Of a DNA stretch of 52,536 bases, positions 18,256 to 27,037 are shown one piece after another (position 1 is the stretch's first letter; the number at the start of each line of letters is the position of its first letter). Where the stretch lies: positions 1 to 52,536 of the IMG/VR virus record IMGVR_UViG_3300047301_000210, one strand, 5' to 3'. The translations under genes and the position numbers were made by a program. The notes beneath the pieces were generated by a model that was not told where the DNA came from, made no database searches, and saw only the letters and a program-made list of their open reading frames with translations. Origin of the DNA: a virus (Duplodnaviria; Caudoviricetes).

Positions 18256-18963
18256 ATGCTAAGAATACTCCATCCAGGCCGAAGCCTGCCGACTCAACGT
18301 ACCCTTGATCCCAATGCTATTTTTATAGCAGGCATGATTGGGCAGCTGAAGTTCGTGGGGAATGAAATTGTTCTTGGCGTCAGCGATGGAACCGCGCCAT
18401 TTGGTGTTATTGAAGACACCAGGGCGGTCGCCCATGTCGCCCCAGCGATTGATGAGCCCGTTGTTGTTGTACCCGCTGTTGGAGAAACAGTTAGTACGCC
18501 CAATGGTCTCGCACTTTCGGTTGATAAGATCGCCTTCCTGCAAAACGCAAACATACTTCAGCACTCTTTTGTTTCCACAAAGGGCGGAGTTGAACTTGTC
18601 GCGGTAAATGGAGCGGTCAGAGTGCTGGCGGGAACACTGCTGAACGCAATCGTAGATCCAGGCTCTACTTCTCCAGATAGTTTCGTGACTCACGTACGGT
18701 ACTCGTACTATGTGCCAAATCGGCCAGGTGACGATAGTACAATGGGCAGCAGCAAGGTTTCTGTATGGGCAAACCCAGCTGGAGCAATTTTCTCCACCGA
18801 TCAGTTTGAGCCAGCAGTGCCATACCCGCTAAATGCAGGCCTTTACGTCAGTCTTTATGGAAAATTGACGACGCAACAATTAATGGAAAACCAACCAGCT
18901 GTGGCAATGGTTTGCGTTCCCCCGACTAGGGTAAACGAATCACTAGAATTTATTTGGCTGTGA
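18256..18963 (+). CDS. capsid decoration/cement-like protein (paralog 1)
   Basis: GGAGG RBS before ATG 18256 (MLRILHP). Beta-rich; STMGSSKVSVW resembles TTAGSGKVTLW in 24222-24881. Confidence 0.55.
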   Translation: MLRILHPGRSLPTQRTLDPNAIFIAGMIGQLKFVGNEIVLGVSDGTAPFGVIEDTRAVAHVAPAIDEPVVVVPAVGETVSTPNGLALSVDKIAFLQNANILQHSFVSTKGGVELVAVNGAVRVLAGTLLNAIVDPGSTSPDSFVTHVRYSYYVPNRPGDDSTMGSSKVSVWANPAGAIFSTDQFEPAVPYPLNAGLYVSLYGKLTTQQLMENQPAVAMVCVPPTRVNESLEFIWL

Positions 18964-18971
18964 GGAACAAG

Positions 18972-19589
18972 ATGGACGAACTTTCAATGAACTTTGACGA
19001 AATTCTAAAGGCTCGCGCCAATGACATTTGGACCTACCGGGCCAATTTTGAAGTCACTGCCTCAAAGGCACATGCAAAAAAGATGTGCATGAGCGTTGAA
19101 GCTTTCCTAAAAGAAGCAAAAGAGTCAGCACTCAGGCATGGTGAGAATTGCACCATAATCGCAGAATATGACGAACTAAATGATATGCTGCTCATTCATC
19201 TGGCTGGCTCAGATGAAAAGGAGACTGTTGCTGTTGCGATACCTAGAAATCCAAGTACACCCCAAGAGGAACTTATTCTGGCATCCGCCACCAGCACACA
19301 GGGATTGCTTTCTCTAGAGGGCGCCCTCAAGTCTTCCGTTCTAAAAAAGATGGACAAAGAAGAAGGCAGGCATATCTCTGCTGATGACATCGCTGATGGC
19401 GGATCAGAGTCAGACAAAGCAGAACTACTGGCTACCGAAAAGATGGCAGAGAATTCAGACATTTCTGATGCTGAAATTGAAGTATTGGCGGCCCAATTGG
19501 ACGGACTGACCTCCAAAGCTAATAATGTTCATGAAGCCTATATGATTGAGCTTGCTGTCGAGCAGCTCCGCAGCCTTAAGGGAGAATAA
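18972..19589 (+). CDS. hypothetical protein, candidate internal head protein
   Basis: GAGGA RBS before ATG 18972; acidic and helical. Confidence 0.75.
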   Translation: MDELSMNFDEILKARANDIWTYRANFEVTASKAHAKKMCMSVEAFLKEAKESALRHGENCTIIAEYDELNDMLLIHLAGSDEKETVAVAIPRNPSTPQEELILASATSTQGLLSLEGALKSSVLKKMDKEEGRHISADDIADGGSESDKAELLATEKMAENSDISDAEIEVLAAQLDGLTSKANNVHEAYMIELAVEQLRSLKGE

Positions 19590-19590
19590 G

Positions 19591-19980
19591 ATGGCCAAGA
19601 ATGTTGATCTTGATTTTATTGTTGGCGAAATCGCCGGTAGCATGACGGGCCAGGCCTCTTTGCTGTCAAAGGTAGCGATTCAGTCGACTGAGCCGACTGC
19701 TGACATCGATCTCTATGCTGAGATGGATCGCAGGGCTGCACTGGTTGTTGATTCTATTCTTGATGACGCACACAAGTCTGTAGACATGAAGGATTTGGGC
19801 GTAAAAGTCCTAACCTCTCAGGATCGACAGAAAGAAGTGCTACGGTCACTCGGTCTTGAGAAGCGAGCCAAGCTTTCTGTGCTTGCCGCTGAACTTACTG
19901 CTATTGCGGCTCGTGCCGATGCGGAAGGATTCCGCAAACAAGCTGCCGACCTGCGCTTTGCCGCGTCAAAAATGGTGTGA
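19591..19980 (+). CDS. hypothetical protein, candidate internal head protein
   Basis: GGGAG RBS before ATG 19591; C-terminal shared module LTAIAARADAEGFRKQAADLRFAA. Confidence 0.75.
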   Translation: MAKNVDLDFIVGEIAGSMTGQASLLSKVAIQSTEPTADIDLYAEMDRRAALVVDSILDDAHKSVDMKDLGVKVLTSQDRQKEVLRSLGLEKRAKLSVLAAELTAIAARADAEGFRKQAADLRFAASKMV

Positions 19981-19982
19981 AT

Positions 19983-20837
19983 ATGTCTAAAAAAGTACAA
20001 GCTGCTCAGATTATTGAGGCGCTAGGTGAGCGCTTGCCTTTTGTTAAGACGGCTAAGTTCACCTGGCAGTCAGACCCAGTGACAGATTCACGCGATGTTC
20101 GCGTTGACTGGAGCTCTCTCATGGCCGAAATAAACGTAATCAACAAAATTGCTGCAAACGCGATTGGACCTGAGCTGATTGCTCAAATAGGAAAGATTGG
20201 CGTAGACCTTGACTCTTTGCTTGCCAGCGTAAGTACGGTTTCTCTTAATGCGTCAAGCCAATTGGCCAAGATTGACCTAATCAAGCCAATGCAGGAAAGG
20301 ATACTCGGTATAGAGCGCATCCTTTCACGTCTACGTAGCTCTGAAAAGGAAAATGCAGAATTGGTGAACAGAGCCAGCCGTGCCAGTGCCAAGGTCAGAG
20401 ACATCATATCTGGACTAGGGGATGTTAAAGCTGGAATCGTAGAGCAGGTTTCTGATTCAACAGAGCTAGAGGGGGCAGAGCCACTTGCTTCAACCGTAGT
20501 TGCGCCAACTGCGAAAACTCCGGCACCAACTTCCGCCATTCCTGATGCTCAGACTGAACTTCTAGCAGAATACCAAAAGGTAGATGAAGAGATCAAAGAG
20601 AGTTTTGAGGCACTCGATGAAAAACCAGGAGTATCTGACGAAACAAAGGCCGCTTTGATAAAAGACCAAGTAAGTCTTGATGTGGCGCTGCGGTTTTTTA
20701 TGTTCTTAGAGATGCTGTCTGATCCCAATAAACCAGCAGGTGAAAAAAGGCTTGCCAGGGCAAAGGAACACCTTTACAAGATGCCCTCATTTATAACGAT
20801 GCTAGATAACGCGATTAAAAATTTAGAGGGCCCATAA
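19983..20837 (+). CDS. hypothetical helical protein
   Basis: About 284 aa with KTAK and KIAA motifs and a Pro/Ala/Thr linker. Confidence 0.75.
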   Translation: MSKKVQAAQIIEALGERLPFVKTAKFTWQSDPVTDSRDVRVDWSSLMAEINVINKIAANAIGPELIAQIGKIGVDLDSLLASVSTVSLNASSQLAKIDLIKPMQERILGIERILSRLRSSEKENAELVNRASRASAKVRDIISGLGDVKAGIVEQVSDSTELEGAEPLASTVVAPTAKTPAPTSAIPDAQTELLAEYQKVDEEIKESFEALDEKPGVSDETKAALIKDQVSLDVALRFFMFLEMLSDPNKPAGEKRLARAKEHLYKMPSFITMLDNAIKNLEGP

Positions 20838-20838
20838 C

Positions 20839-21726
20839 ATGGACAGTTACTCGCTAGCTAGAGAGCACGCAAAGGCCCTGCTTGGCACAAAAGGAGCCCC
20901 CAGCGCCCCTGCAGCATCATCCCCTGCTCCAGGCGGGACTGCGCCCGCAGCAGAAGCCACAGGCGTCCCTGTTGCGTCTCAGAGCGCTACACCCGCCGTC
21001 GCAAGGTCGAGGCAGAAGGAGCAGATCCCGATTGACGACATCATCCTGCCGACCGACAAGCAGCTGACGTTCTCTCGATATTCTTCTATTGCGGTCTCAT
21101 ATATAAACATGAGAACACCCTACCACGCTTGGGATTTTATCAAGCGGGTAAATACAATGCTGGGTAACCTTGGTTATTCTGCCGTCGACCTAGGCGTCGA
21201 TGACCTCAAACTCCCTACTCCTGAGCGCTATGTCGCACTAAAGCCTGCGCTCGATAAATTAAACAATGCAGCAGATCAGTTTGCAAATGACGTCAAAGCT
21301 GAAATGGCAAAGATGGCAGAAGAGGCAAAGACACAGAACACGGAAATCTATAATTTTGAAGCTCGTGCCACTTTTGGCAAGGCCATATCTCATTTCCTAG
21401 CCGATGCAATAAACAGAGTGGGCGGAAAAGCCACCAGCAATGCAAACGGAGAGGGAAAACCTATTCAGTTTAGACCAGCGAATCACCAACAGGACCTTGG
21501 AATAAAAATCAACACAGACGCTAAAAAGAAAGAGTTTCTAGCCATTGCAGATAAACATCAAGCAGAGTTTAACAGAATTCATTCTCTTAGTCCCGACACG
21601 ATGATGATCACCCCTCGCATGGGTGCAAACGATATAGACGTACATGCAGAGCTGGCGCAAATTCAAAAGAGGCATCCTGCCGATTTCGCGCAGTTTGGCA
21701 CTCAGTTCGGTGGACAAGGCAAATGA
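20839..21726 (+). CDS. hypothetical protein with Ala/Pro-rich linker
   Basis: GAGGG RBS, 295 aa. Confidence 0.8.
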   Translation: MDSYSLAREHAKALLGTKGAPSAPAASSPAPGGTAPAAEATGVPVASQSATPAVARSRQKEQIPIDDIILPTDKQLTFSRYSSIAVSYINMRTPYHAWDFIKRVNTMLGNLGYSAVDLGVDDLKLPTPERYVALKPALDKLNNAADQFANDVKAEMAKMAEEAKTQNTEIYNFEARATFGKAISHFLADAINRVGGKATSNANGEGKPIQFRPANHQQDLGIKINTDAKKKEFLAIADKHQAEFNRIHSLSPDTMMITPRMGANDIDVHAELAQIQKRHPADFAQFGTQFGGQGK

Positions 21727-22526
21727 GTCTTCTACAAAAAGCATGGGAATCATACAAGTCAACTGGTAAGCCTGATTCGGTATTGGATCAGGCTCTGTCG
21801 ACCATTTCTAGTAAGACCGGGATGAGTGCAGATGAAATCATTCATATTGCCGACGAGATCATGAAGCAAAAGATTTCGTTTGCCGGGCTTGACTTTCGAC
21901 TGACCAAGACAGCTAGCTCCGTTCCGACTGGAGAAGAGCTAGCTGACATGGACCCAAAAGATGCAGCTGATTTAATTGCGAGCATACTAAAGGGACGAAA
22001 CGTCAGCGATAAGTCAAATTTGGTTAGGTCAGTAGTTTCTCTGTCTGAAGCTACCGCTGCTGGAGACATCAGGGCAACGGCACTAACCAAGAGCTTAAAG
22101 GCTCGTGGTATGTGGGACACTTTTGAGAGATTTTTTCAGAAGCATGTCGTACCTGTTCGAGCCGGCCATGACTGGATGCCTAGCACAAAATATCTAACCG
22201 ACTCAACGGACTTCTTCTACTACTGGCAGGAATTTTCTCGTGGTCGCGGTCAAGGTATGCCTTGGTATGCGTTGATGACAGTGCTGAGTAAGTTTATATT
22301 TATCGTTATTCGCCGACTGCTTAAGTTCGGGCTTGTTGCTGGTATTGCGGGAGTCACTGCGTACGGGATCTACTCAGCGTACAAGTTTTTTAATCCATCT
22401 GGCGATACTCCTAAGCCCGCTGAAACTGCTGTGCAAAAAGATAAGCCTAAAGAGACCGTTGATGCTTCGAAAATTGTTGAGCAAAAGCTTAAGCAACTGT
22501 ATGGACCCAAAAATGAAAAACACTAA
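21723..22526 (+). CDS. putative membrane-anchored protein, candidate ejection protein
   Basis: KTASS motif; C-terminal hydrophobic stretches YALMTVLSKFIFIVI and FGLVAGIAGVTAYGIYSAY. Confidence 0.75.
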   Translation: MSLLQKAWESYKSTGKPDSVLDQALSTISSKTGMSADEIIHIADEIMKQKISFAGLDFRLTKTASSVPTGEELADMDPKDAADLIASILKGRNVSDKSNLVRSVVSLSEATAAGDIRATALTKSLKARGMWDTFERFFQKHVVPVRAGHDWMPSTKYLTDSTDFFYYWQEFSRGRGQGMPWYALMTVLSKFIFIVIRRLLKFGLVAGIAGVTAYGIYSAYKFFNPSGDTPKPAETAVQKDKPKETVDASKIVEQKLKQLYGPKNEKH

Positions 22527-24135
22527 ACTTCCATTGTTCATCACTGCTGGTGACACCGAAAAAAATATTCGTGGCACTCGTCCCAAGACGCCAAAAGAAA
22601 AAGATAAAACTACTGTTGGCGAGGCTCACCCAGATGAGGTCTTTGTAGTTGAAGGCCCTGATGATTTGGGCATGGCTCATAGTGTTGAGCAAGCTCGTGA
22701 GAATGTGATGCGCGCGATTCATCGCAGGCCATCTCCTTTTGCGTACCAAGGCGTTGTTTTGGCTGCAATTCATGCAGACATCAAGAAGACTGCAGAAAAA
22801 CTGGTTGATATGGGGCTTCGTACAGAGGCCGAGCAGCTAGTTAGACTTGCGAACGACAATCTCGATTTCGCAGCAATAGGTGAGGACGAAGACGCTGTAC
22901 TTGTTCCACCAGCCGCAAAAGCAAAGGCTGGTCCTGCTGCGGCTGCATCCGCAGCCACATCTGCAGTAGATGCGGCAGTCATGCAAGGAGCGGCGCAAGC
23001 TGTATCTGGAGGTGCTGCGGCTCCTGCTGCTGTGGCAGAAGTGGCCGGAGCTGCCGCGCCTGCCGCGGCAGCGGCTCCATCCGCTGTTTCAGCAGCCGTA
23101 ACTCCAGGGCTAAGGCAGCAAGCCGCTACCTGGGTAAGCTCAAAGCCCGGCATGGCTGGAATCGTAAGAACTCTTGGAACTTCTGCTGCTTCGACTCTTA
23201 CCAGAGGACTTGGTCTGTTTGGGTCACTTGCCAGTGTCTATGATATGTATAAAGACGGAATTAATGCCGGAAACGTAACAACTCTTGGCCTGAGTGTTGC
23301 CCCAATGCTTGTTGGTGGTGCAGCTGGTGCAGGTATTGCAGGGCTCGGTCTTGCTGGCGCCATTCTATACAAGGCGGTAACTGGATCTCTCAAAGAGGGC
23401 CTTGATGAAGACATCAATGAAGCCCTGTCAGAAATTGCAGATGCAAAAGGATCTGTTCAAGGAGAGCTTCCACTCAAGATTCTTGCAGAGATGGAGCGTT
23501 TGCTTCAGAATATTCTATCTACTTATGGTCTATTCTCACAAAGCATGCCACTAGAGAAGCAGATCGCAGCTCTTGGCACTATGCTTGGCGCTGCAACCGT
23601 ATTAGAAAAGAAAATGGCCGAATTTGAGCTTGCTGCTAAAGCAACCGACTACTCTGTTCTCCGCGACACGTTTGGCATTGGATTTCCAACTCTAAGAAAC
23701 GTTGTCAAGGATGTCAAAGAAGGAACTGATACAGCTATTCAGGCATTTGAGCGCGGAGCAAATATTGCCCACGGAGCAGTGATTGCTGCTGCAGAAAAAG
23801 ACTACAAAGAAGGCATGGTTGGCACCTCAGGCGCCTCACCTGCCGCACCTGGATCGTCCGCTGCCGCCGCGACTCCTATTGTTGCTGATGCAGAGCGAAT
23901 CGCTGGGATTCAAAAGTTTCTAATGGAGCAAGGTGTAGATGGAGTGACCCAAACTGGAAAGTTTGATGTTGCAACCATTGACGGACTACAGGATATTGCA
24001 GATAAACTTGCAAATCTTGGAGTTGAAGAAGTGAATCTCGATATGTTGATGTCCCAAGACTATATCAGCCTATACAAAGTCAACGATCAAATCAGAAACT
24101 GGCGTTCCAGAACTGATAAAGCAGCGATCAACTAA
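22513..24135 (+). CDS. Ala/Gly-rich protein with hydrophobic helices and possible C-terminal peptidoglycan-binding domain; candidate ejection protein
   Basis: Likely start ATG 22513. Gly-zipper-like GGAAGAGIAGLGLAGAILY; C-terminal IQKFLMEQG...TGKFDVATIDGL resembles a PG-binding helical domain. Confidence 0.65.
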   Translation: MKNTKLPLFITAGDTEKNIRGTRPKTPKEKDKTTVGEAHPDEVFVVEGPDDLGMAHSVEQARENVMRAIHRRPSPFAYQGVVLAAIHADIKKTAEKLVDMGLRTEAEQLVRLANDNLDFAAIGEDEDAVLVPPAAKAKAGPAAAASAATSAVDAAVMQGAAQAVSGGAAAPAAVAEVAGAAAPAAAAAPSAVSAAVTPGLRQQAATWVSSKPGMAGIVRTLGTSAASTLTRGLGLFGSLASVYDMYKDGINAGNVTTLGLSVAPMLVGGAAGAGIAGLGLAGAILYKAVTGSLKEGLDEDINEALSEIADAKGSVQGELPLKILAEMERLLQNILSTYGLFSQSMPLEKQIAALGTMLGAATVLEKKMAEFELAAKATDYSVLRDTFGIGFPTLRNVVKDVKEGTDTAIQAFERGANIAHGAVIAAAEKDYKEGMVGTSGASPAAPGSSAAAATPIVADAERIAGIQKFLMEQGVDGVTQTGKFDVATIDGLQDIADKLANLGVEEVNLDMLMSQDYISLYKVNDQIRNWRSRTDKAAIN

Positions 24136-24221
24136 AAAAACAACTAATAGTTGACGTACAGATTGAATTTCTTCCGTATGGACGCGATCCTACAGCGGAA
24201 AACATAAGATTGAGGTTAAAC

Positions 24222-24881
24222 ATGGCTCTTATTCCTTTGAATCCCGGCGTACAGCCGCTCGGCATTTTTGATATGAAGAACACCCAGGCTGCTGGCCTGC
24301 TCGGTGGTGAAGTAATGACGTTTGGTACGGCTTCCCGCACCAACAGCGCGTCTGAAAACGCCGCTGCTGACGTCACTGGCGACGGCTACGGTACCAACCG
24401 CACTGTTGCTCAGCTGGCCACGGCCTCTGTTGATTTCGTTGCTCTTTGCGACGAAGGCACCAGCCCCGGCTACTTCACCATGCTCGGTAGCGTCATCGGT
24501 GGTAACACTGGCATGACTCTCAGCGGCTCAGTCCTCGGTCCCAACACGACCGCTGGTTCTGGCAAGGTCACCCTGTGGGATAAGCCCGGTCTTTACGAGG
24601 TAACTCTTAACGCCGTTGCTGCTAGCTTCCAAGCTGGCGCTGGTCTCAATGGTCTTACCCCTGGCTCAGTCCTCGGTTACACCACTGCTGGCCTGCTTTC
24701 TCACAGCGTTGAGAACGGCGCAGTTGCTGCGACCGGTTGCGCGATCTTCGTTGAGTTTGCGGGTCCCTCCGGCCTCGTGACCACTCCTGCTTGGATCGTC
24801 GGCGGCACCAACACGGTTGACCGTGTAAAGGTTGCCTTCCTCGGCGGCGTCAAGAAGACCGTTCCTCTCACTTGCGTCTGA
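24222..24881 (+). CDS. capsid decoration/cement-like protein (paralog 2, high-expression codons)
   Basis: GAGG RBS, codon bias like the MCP gene, GSGKVTLW..PGLY motif, close to the MCP gene. Confidence 0.6.
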   Translation: MALIPLNPGVQPLGIFDMKNTQAAGLLGGEVMTFGTASRTNSASENAAADVTGDGYGTNRTVAQLATASVDFVALCDEGTSPGYFTMLGSVIGGNTGMTLSGSVLGPNTTAGSGKVTLWDKPGLYEVTLNAVAASFQAGAGLNGLTPGSVLGYTTAGLLSHSVENGAVAATGCAIFVEFAGPSGLVTTPAWIVGGTNTVDRVKVAFLGGVKKTVPLTCV

Positions 24882-24906
24882 GGTAAATCCAGCCTAGCTG
24901 GTATTC

Positions 24907-24941
24907 AAAAGGAGCTGGTTATGCCAGCTCTTTTTGTTTTT
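24907..24941 (+). terminator. intrinsic terminator
   Basis: AAAAG-GAGCTGG-ttatg-CCAGCTC-TTTTTGTTTTT. Confidence 0.85.
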
Positions 24942-24969
24942 CAAATATGGATTTTTAGATAGTTGGACA

Positions 24970-25842
24970 ATGAAGCTTATTCTTGCCTACAATAAAGAGG
25001 ATACATCCGCGCTAGCAGACAGTATTGCGGATCGATATGGTTTTAAAGAAAAGCTAAATGTTCAGTCTCTGGACGGGCACCTTTACAAAGGGAAGTTTGG
25101 CGGAATAAATGCTGTACTCAAGCTGGAGCACAGATCTTCAAAAACAAATGAAGCCGCTAAAGCAAAGATCGTTCAAAAAGTCAGAGAGACCGCAGGCGAA
25201 CTTGCAGACTTCCTTCCAAAAATTTGGCTCATCAGTGAAACAGAAGACAAAGAATTTTCTGTCATCATAATGGAGCAATTGCAGCCACTACCTAGCAAAA
25301 TAAAACGAGAGCTTTTTGCAGCAATTGAAAAAAGAGAAAAGGCAGACCCATACGCACCTCTAAAAGTATTTCAAAATCTGGCACTCTTAAGAAAGACGGC
25401 CTCAAGGTATCTCCCCACTCAAATCGAACAAACAGTAATTGAGTCAACCGCGATAGCGATTGCTTCTTCAGCTGAAGGAATGAGTGAGTTTTCAGCCGTC
25501 GACCTGATTAACCGAGCAGCCAGAAAATTGAAAACATTTGTGGAAAGAGTGCCCTCATTAAATAAGACGGTCAAACAAGCCGGCATCAAGCCAGCAGACC
25601 TACACATGGTGATACAAGACACTATTAAATCTATACTCAGGATGTCATTGATCCCCAGCCAAAAAGGCGCAGATTTTGTTGAGGCTGAACCAGGTACAAA
25701 ATACAGCAAGGCAATTCAGGCACTAGATCTGCTCTCTCACTCAGGACTCCATTGGGACGACCTACATGATGAGAATTTGCTCTATAGAAAATCAACCGAT
25801 ACACCCGTTTTCATTGATTTTGGTCAATATAATATGACCTGA
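24970..25842 (+). CDS. protein kinase-like (PKL fold) protein
   Basis: AVLKL (ATP-binding Lys), IIMEQL hinge, catalytic loop WDDLHDEN and FIDFG. Likely start ATG 24970, because the listed TTG lies in the terminator tail. Confidence 0.8.
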   Translation: MKLILAYNKEDTSALADSIADRYGFKEKLNVQSLDGHLYKGKFGGINAVLKLEHRSSKTNEAAKAKIVQKVRETAGELADFLPKIWLISETEDKEFSVIIMEQLQPLPSKIKRELFAAIEKREKADPYAPLKVFQNLALLRKTASRYLPTQIEQTVIESTAIAIASSAEGMSEFSAVDLINRAARKLKTFVERVPSLNKTVKQAGIKPADLHMVIQDTIKSILRMSLIPSQKGADFVEAEPGTKYSKAIQALDLLSHSGLHWDDLHDENLLYRKSTDTPVFIDFGQYNMT

Positions 25843-25951
25843 AAAGATAACCTATTAATGTGATTGGAAGTTTCTGATAATTTTTGGCGACCGTTTCCTC
25901 GGTCCCAGAGAAGCAAGTAAGAGTAAGTGAATATTTCTTTGGAGATTCGAT

Positions 25952-26956
25952 ATGTCGAAGAGTTTTGACCAGAATGGCGAGATCGGTGGTATCTCGACCC
26001 GCGATGCCCTTAAGAGCATCGTTCGTATTGCTAAGATCCTTGAAGAGGGCCAGCCTTCTGGCGCCGCTCAAGCTGGCCGTCCCGGCCTTAGCGAAGTTCA
26101 GCGCGACGAGCTAGTTCGTCAGGCGATTTTTGATCAGGGTGGCAAGGTTGCACTGGCTCAGGCCATGGCTCTCCCCATCCGGCGCAACCTTGACTACTCT
26201 GGCGTTGCTCGCCGGGGTCTAATCGTTGACGAGCTTGCGAATGGCGTCATGCCCTTCTACGAGCGCGACATCGACGTTGCCGCTTTCGTCATCAGCGCCA
26301 ATGGTGCCGTGCCCGAGAGCCCAGTCCGTGGCGACCGCGTATTCGTTCCGGAGTTTGAGGTTGCTTGTCACCCTCTCGTCCGCATCCGCGAAGCCAAGCA
26401 GCGCCGGTTCAATGTCATTGAGCGCACCGTTCAGAAGGCCAAGCAAGAAATTGCCGCCACTGAAGATGCGAACTTCTTCGCCGCTCTTGACTTCGCTTCT
26501 GACGTTGCCCTCGGTGGCGAGAACACGGCCGTCTCCCTGAGCGCCCGCCTCACCCGTACCGATATGGTCGACATCAAGGCCGAAGTTGATCAGTGGGATA
26601 ACCTGACCAGCAAGTACTTCATGAACATCCGTGATTTTCATGATCTTCTGCTCTGGACCTCACAGGGTGGTACGTCAGCCGCTGAAGTTGACCCCGTCAC
26701 CCACCGCGAGATCCTACAGACCGGCCTCGTTGCCCGCCTGTTCACCGCTGATGTCATCGTCAGCAAGATTGTTCCCCGTGGTTCAGTCTTCGGTCTCGCC
26801 GATCCCGGTATGGTTGGTGTTATGCCCATCCGCCAGAACGTAGAAGTTCTGCCCAATGACAAGCTTGATCGGCTCAGCCTCGGCTGGGCAGTTTATGAGA
26901 TAATTGGGATTGGTCTCTGTAACGCGCGCGGGACTGCAGTTGGGAGAAAGGCATAA
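25952..26956 (+). CDS. major capsid protein (HK97 fold)
   Basis: GGAG RBS and strong codon bias. LAQAMALPIRRNLDY..VARR, EFEVACHP, AKQEI...ED..FF and LGWAVYE.IG....N.RG resemble, from recall, capsid proteins of Bxz1-like large myoviruses. A terminator follows. Confidence 0.88.
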   Translation: MSKSFDQNGEIGGISTRDALKSIVRIAKILEEGQPSGAAQAGRPGLSEVQRDELVRQAIFDQGGKVALAQAMALPIRRNLDYSGVARRGLIVDELANGVMPFYERDIDVAAFVISANGAVPESPVRGDRVFVPEFEVACHPLVRIREAKQRRFNVIERTVQKAKQEIAATEDANFFAALDFASDVALGGENTAVSLSARLTRTDMVDIKAEVDQWDNLTSKYFMNIRDFHDLLLWTSQGGTSAAEVDPVTHREILQTGLVARLFTADVIVSKIVPRGSVFGLADPGMVGVMPIRQNVEVLPNDKLDRLSLGWAVYEIIGIGLCNARGTAVGRKA

Positions 26957-27002
26957 ATAGCCCTACCTGACTAAATAGTCTAGGGATATTCTAGCGACTG
27001 TA

Positions 27003-27037
27003 AAAACCTCCACAGGAAACTGTGGAGGTTTTATTTT
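27003..27037 (+). terminator. terminator hairpin that also sequesters the downstream RBS
   Basis: AAAACCTCCACAG-GAAA-CTGTGGAGGTTTT then ATTTT; GGAGG (27024-27028) lies in the 3' arm. Confidence 0.85.

Noticed and set aside
24934-24969. Listed upstream starts for several ORFs (24934, 18178, 22333, 28636, 30832, 42976)
   Set aside because: They fall inside terminators or upstream genes; downstream ATGs with an RBS or stop-start coupling are more plausible.
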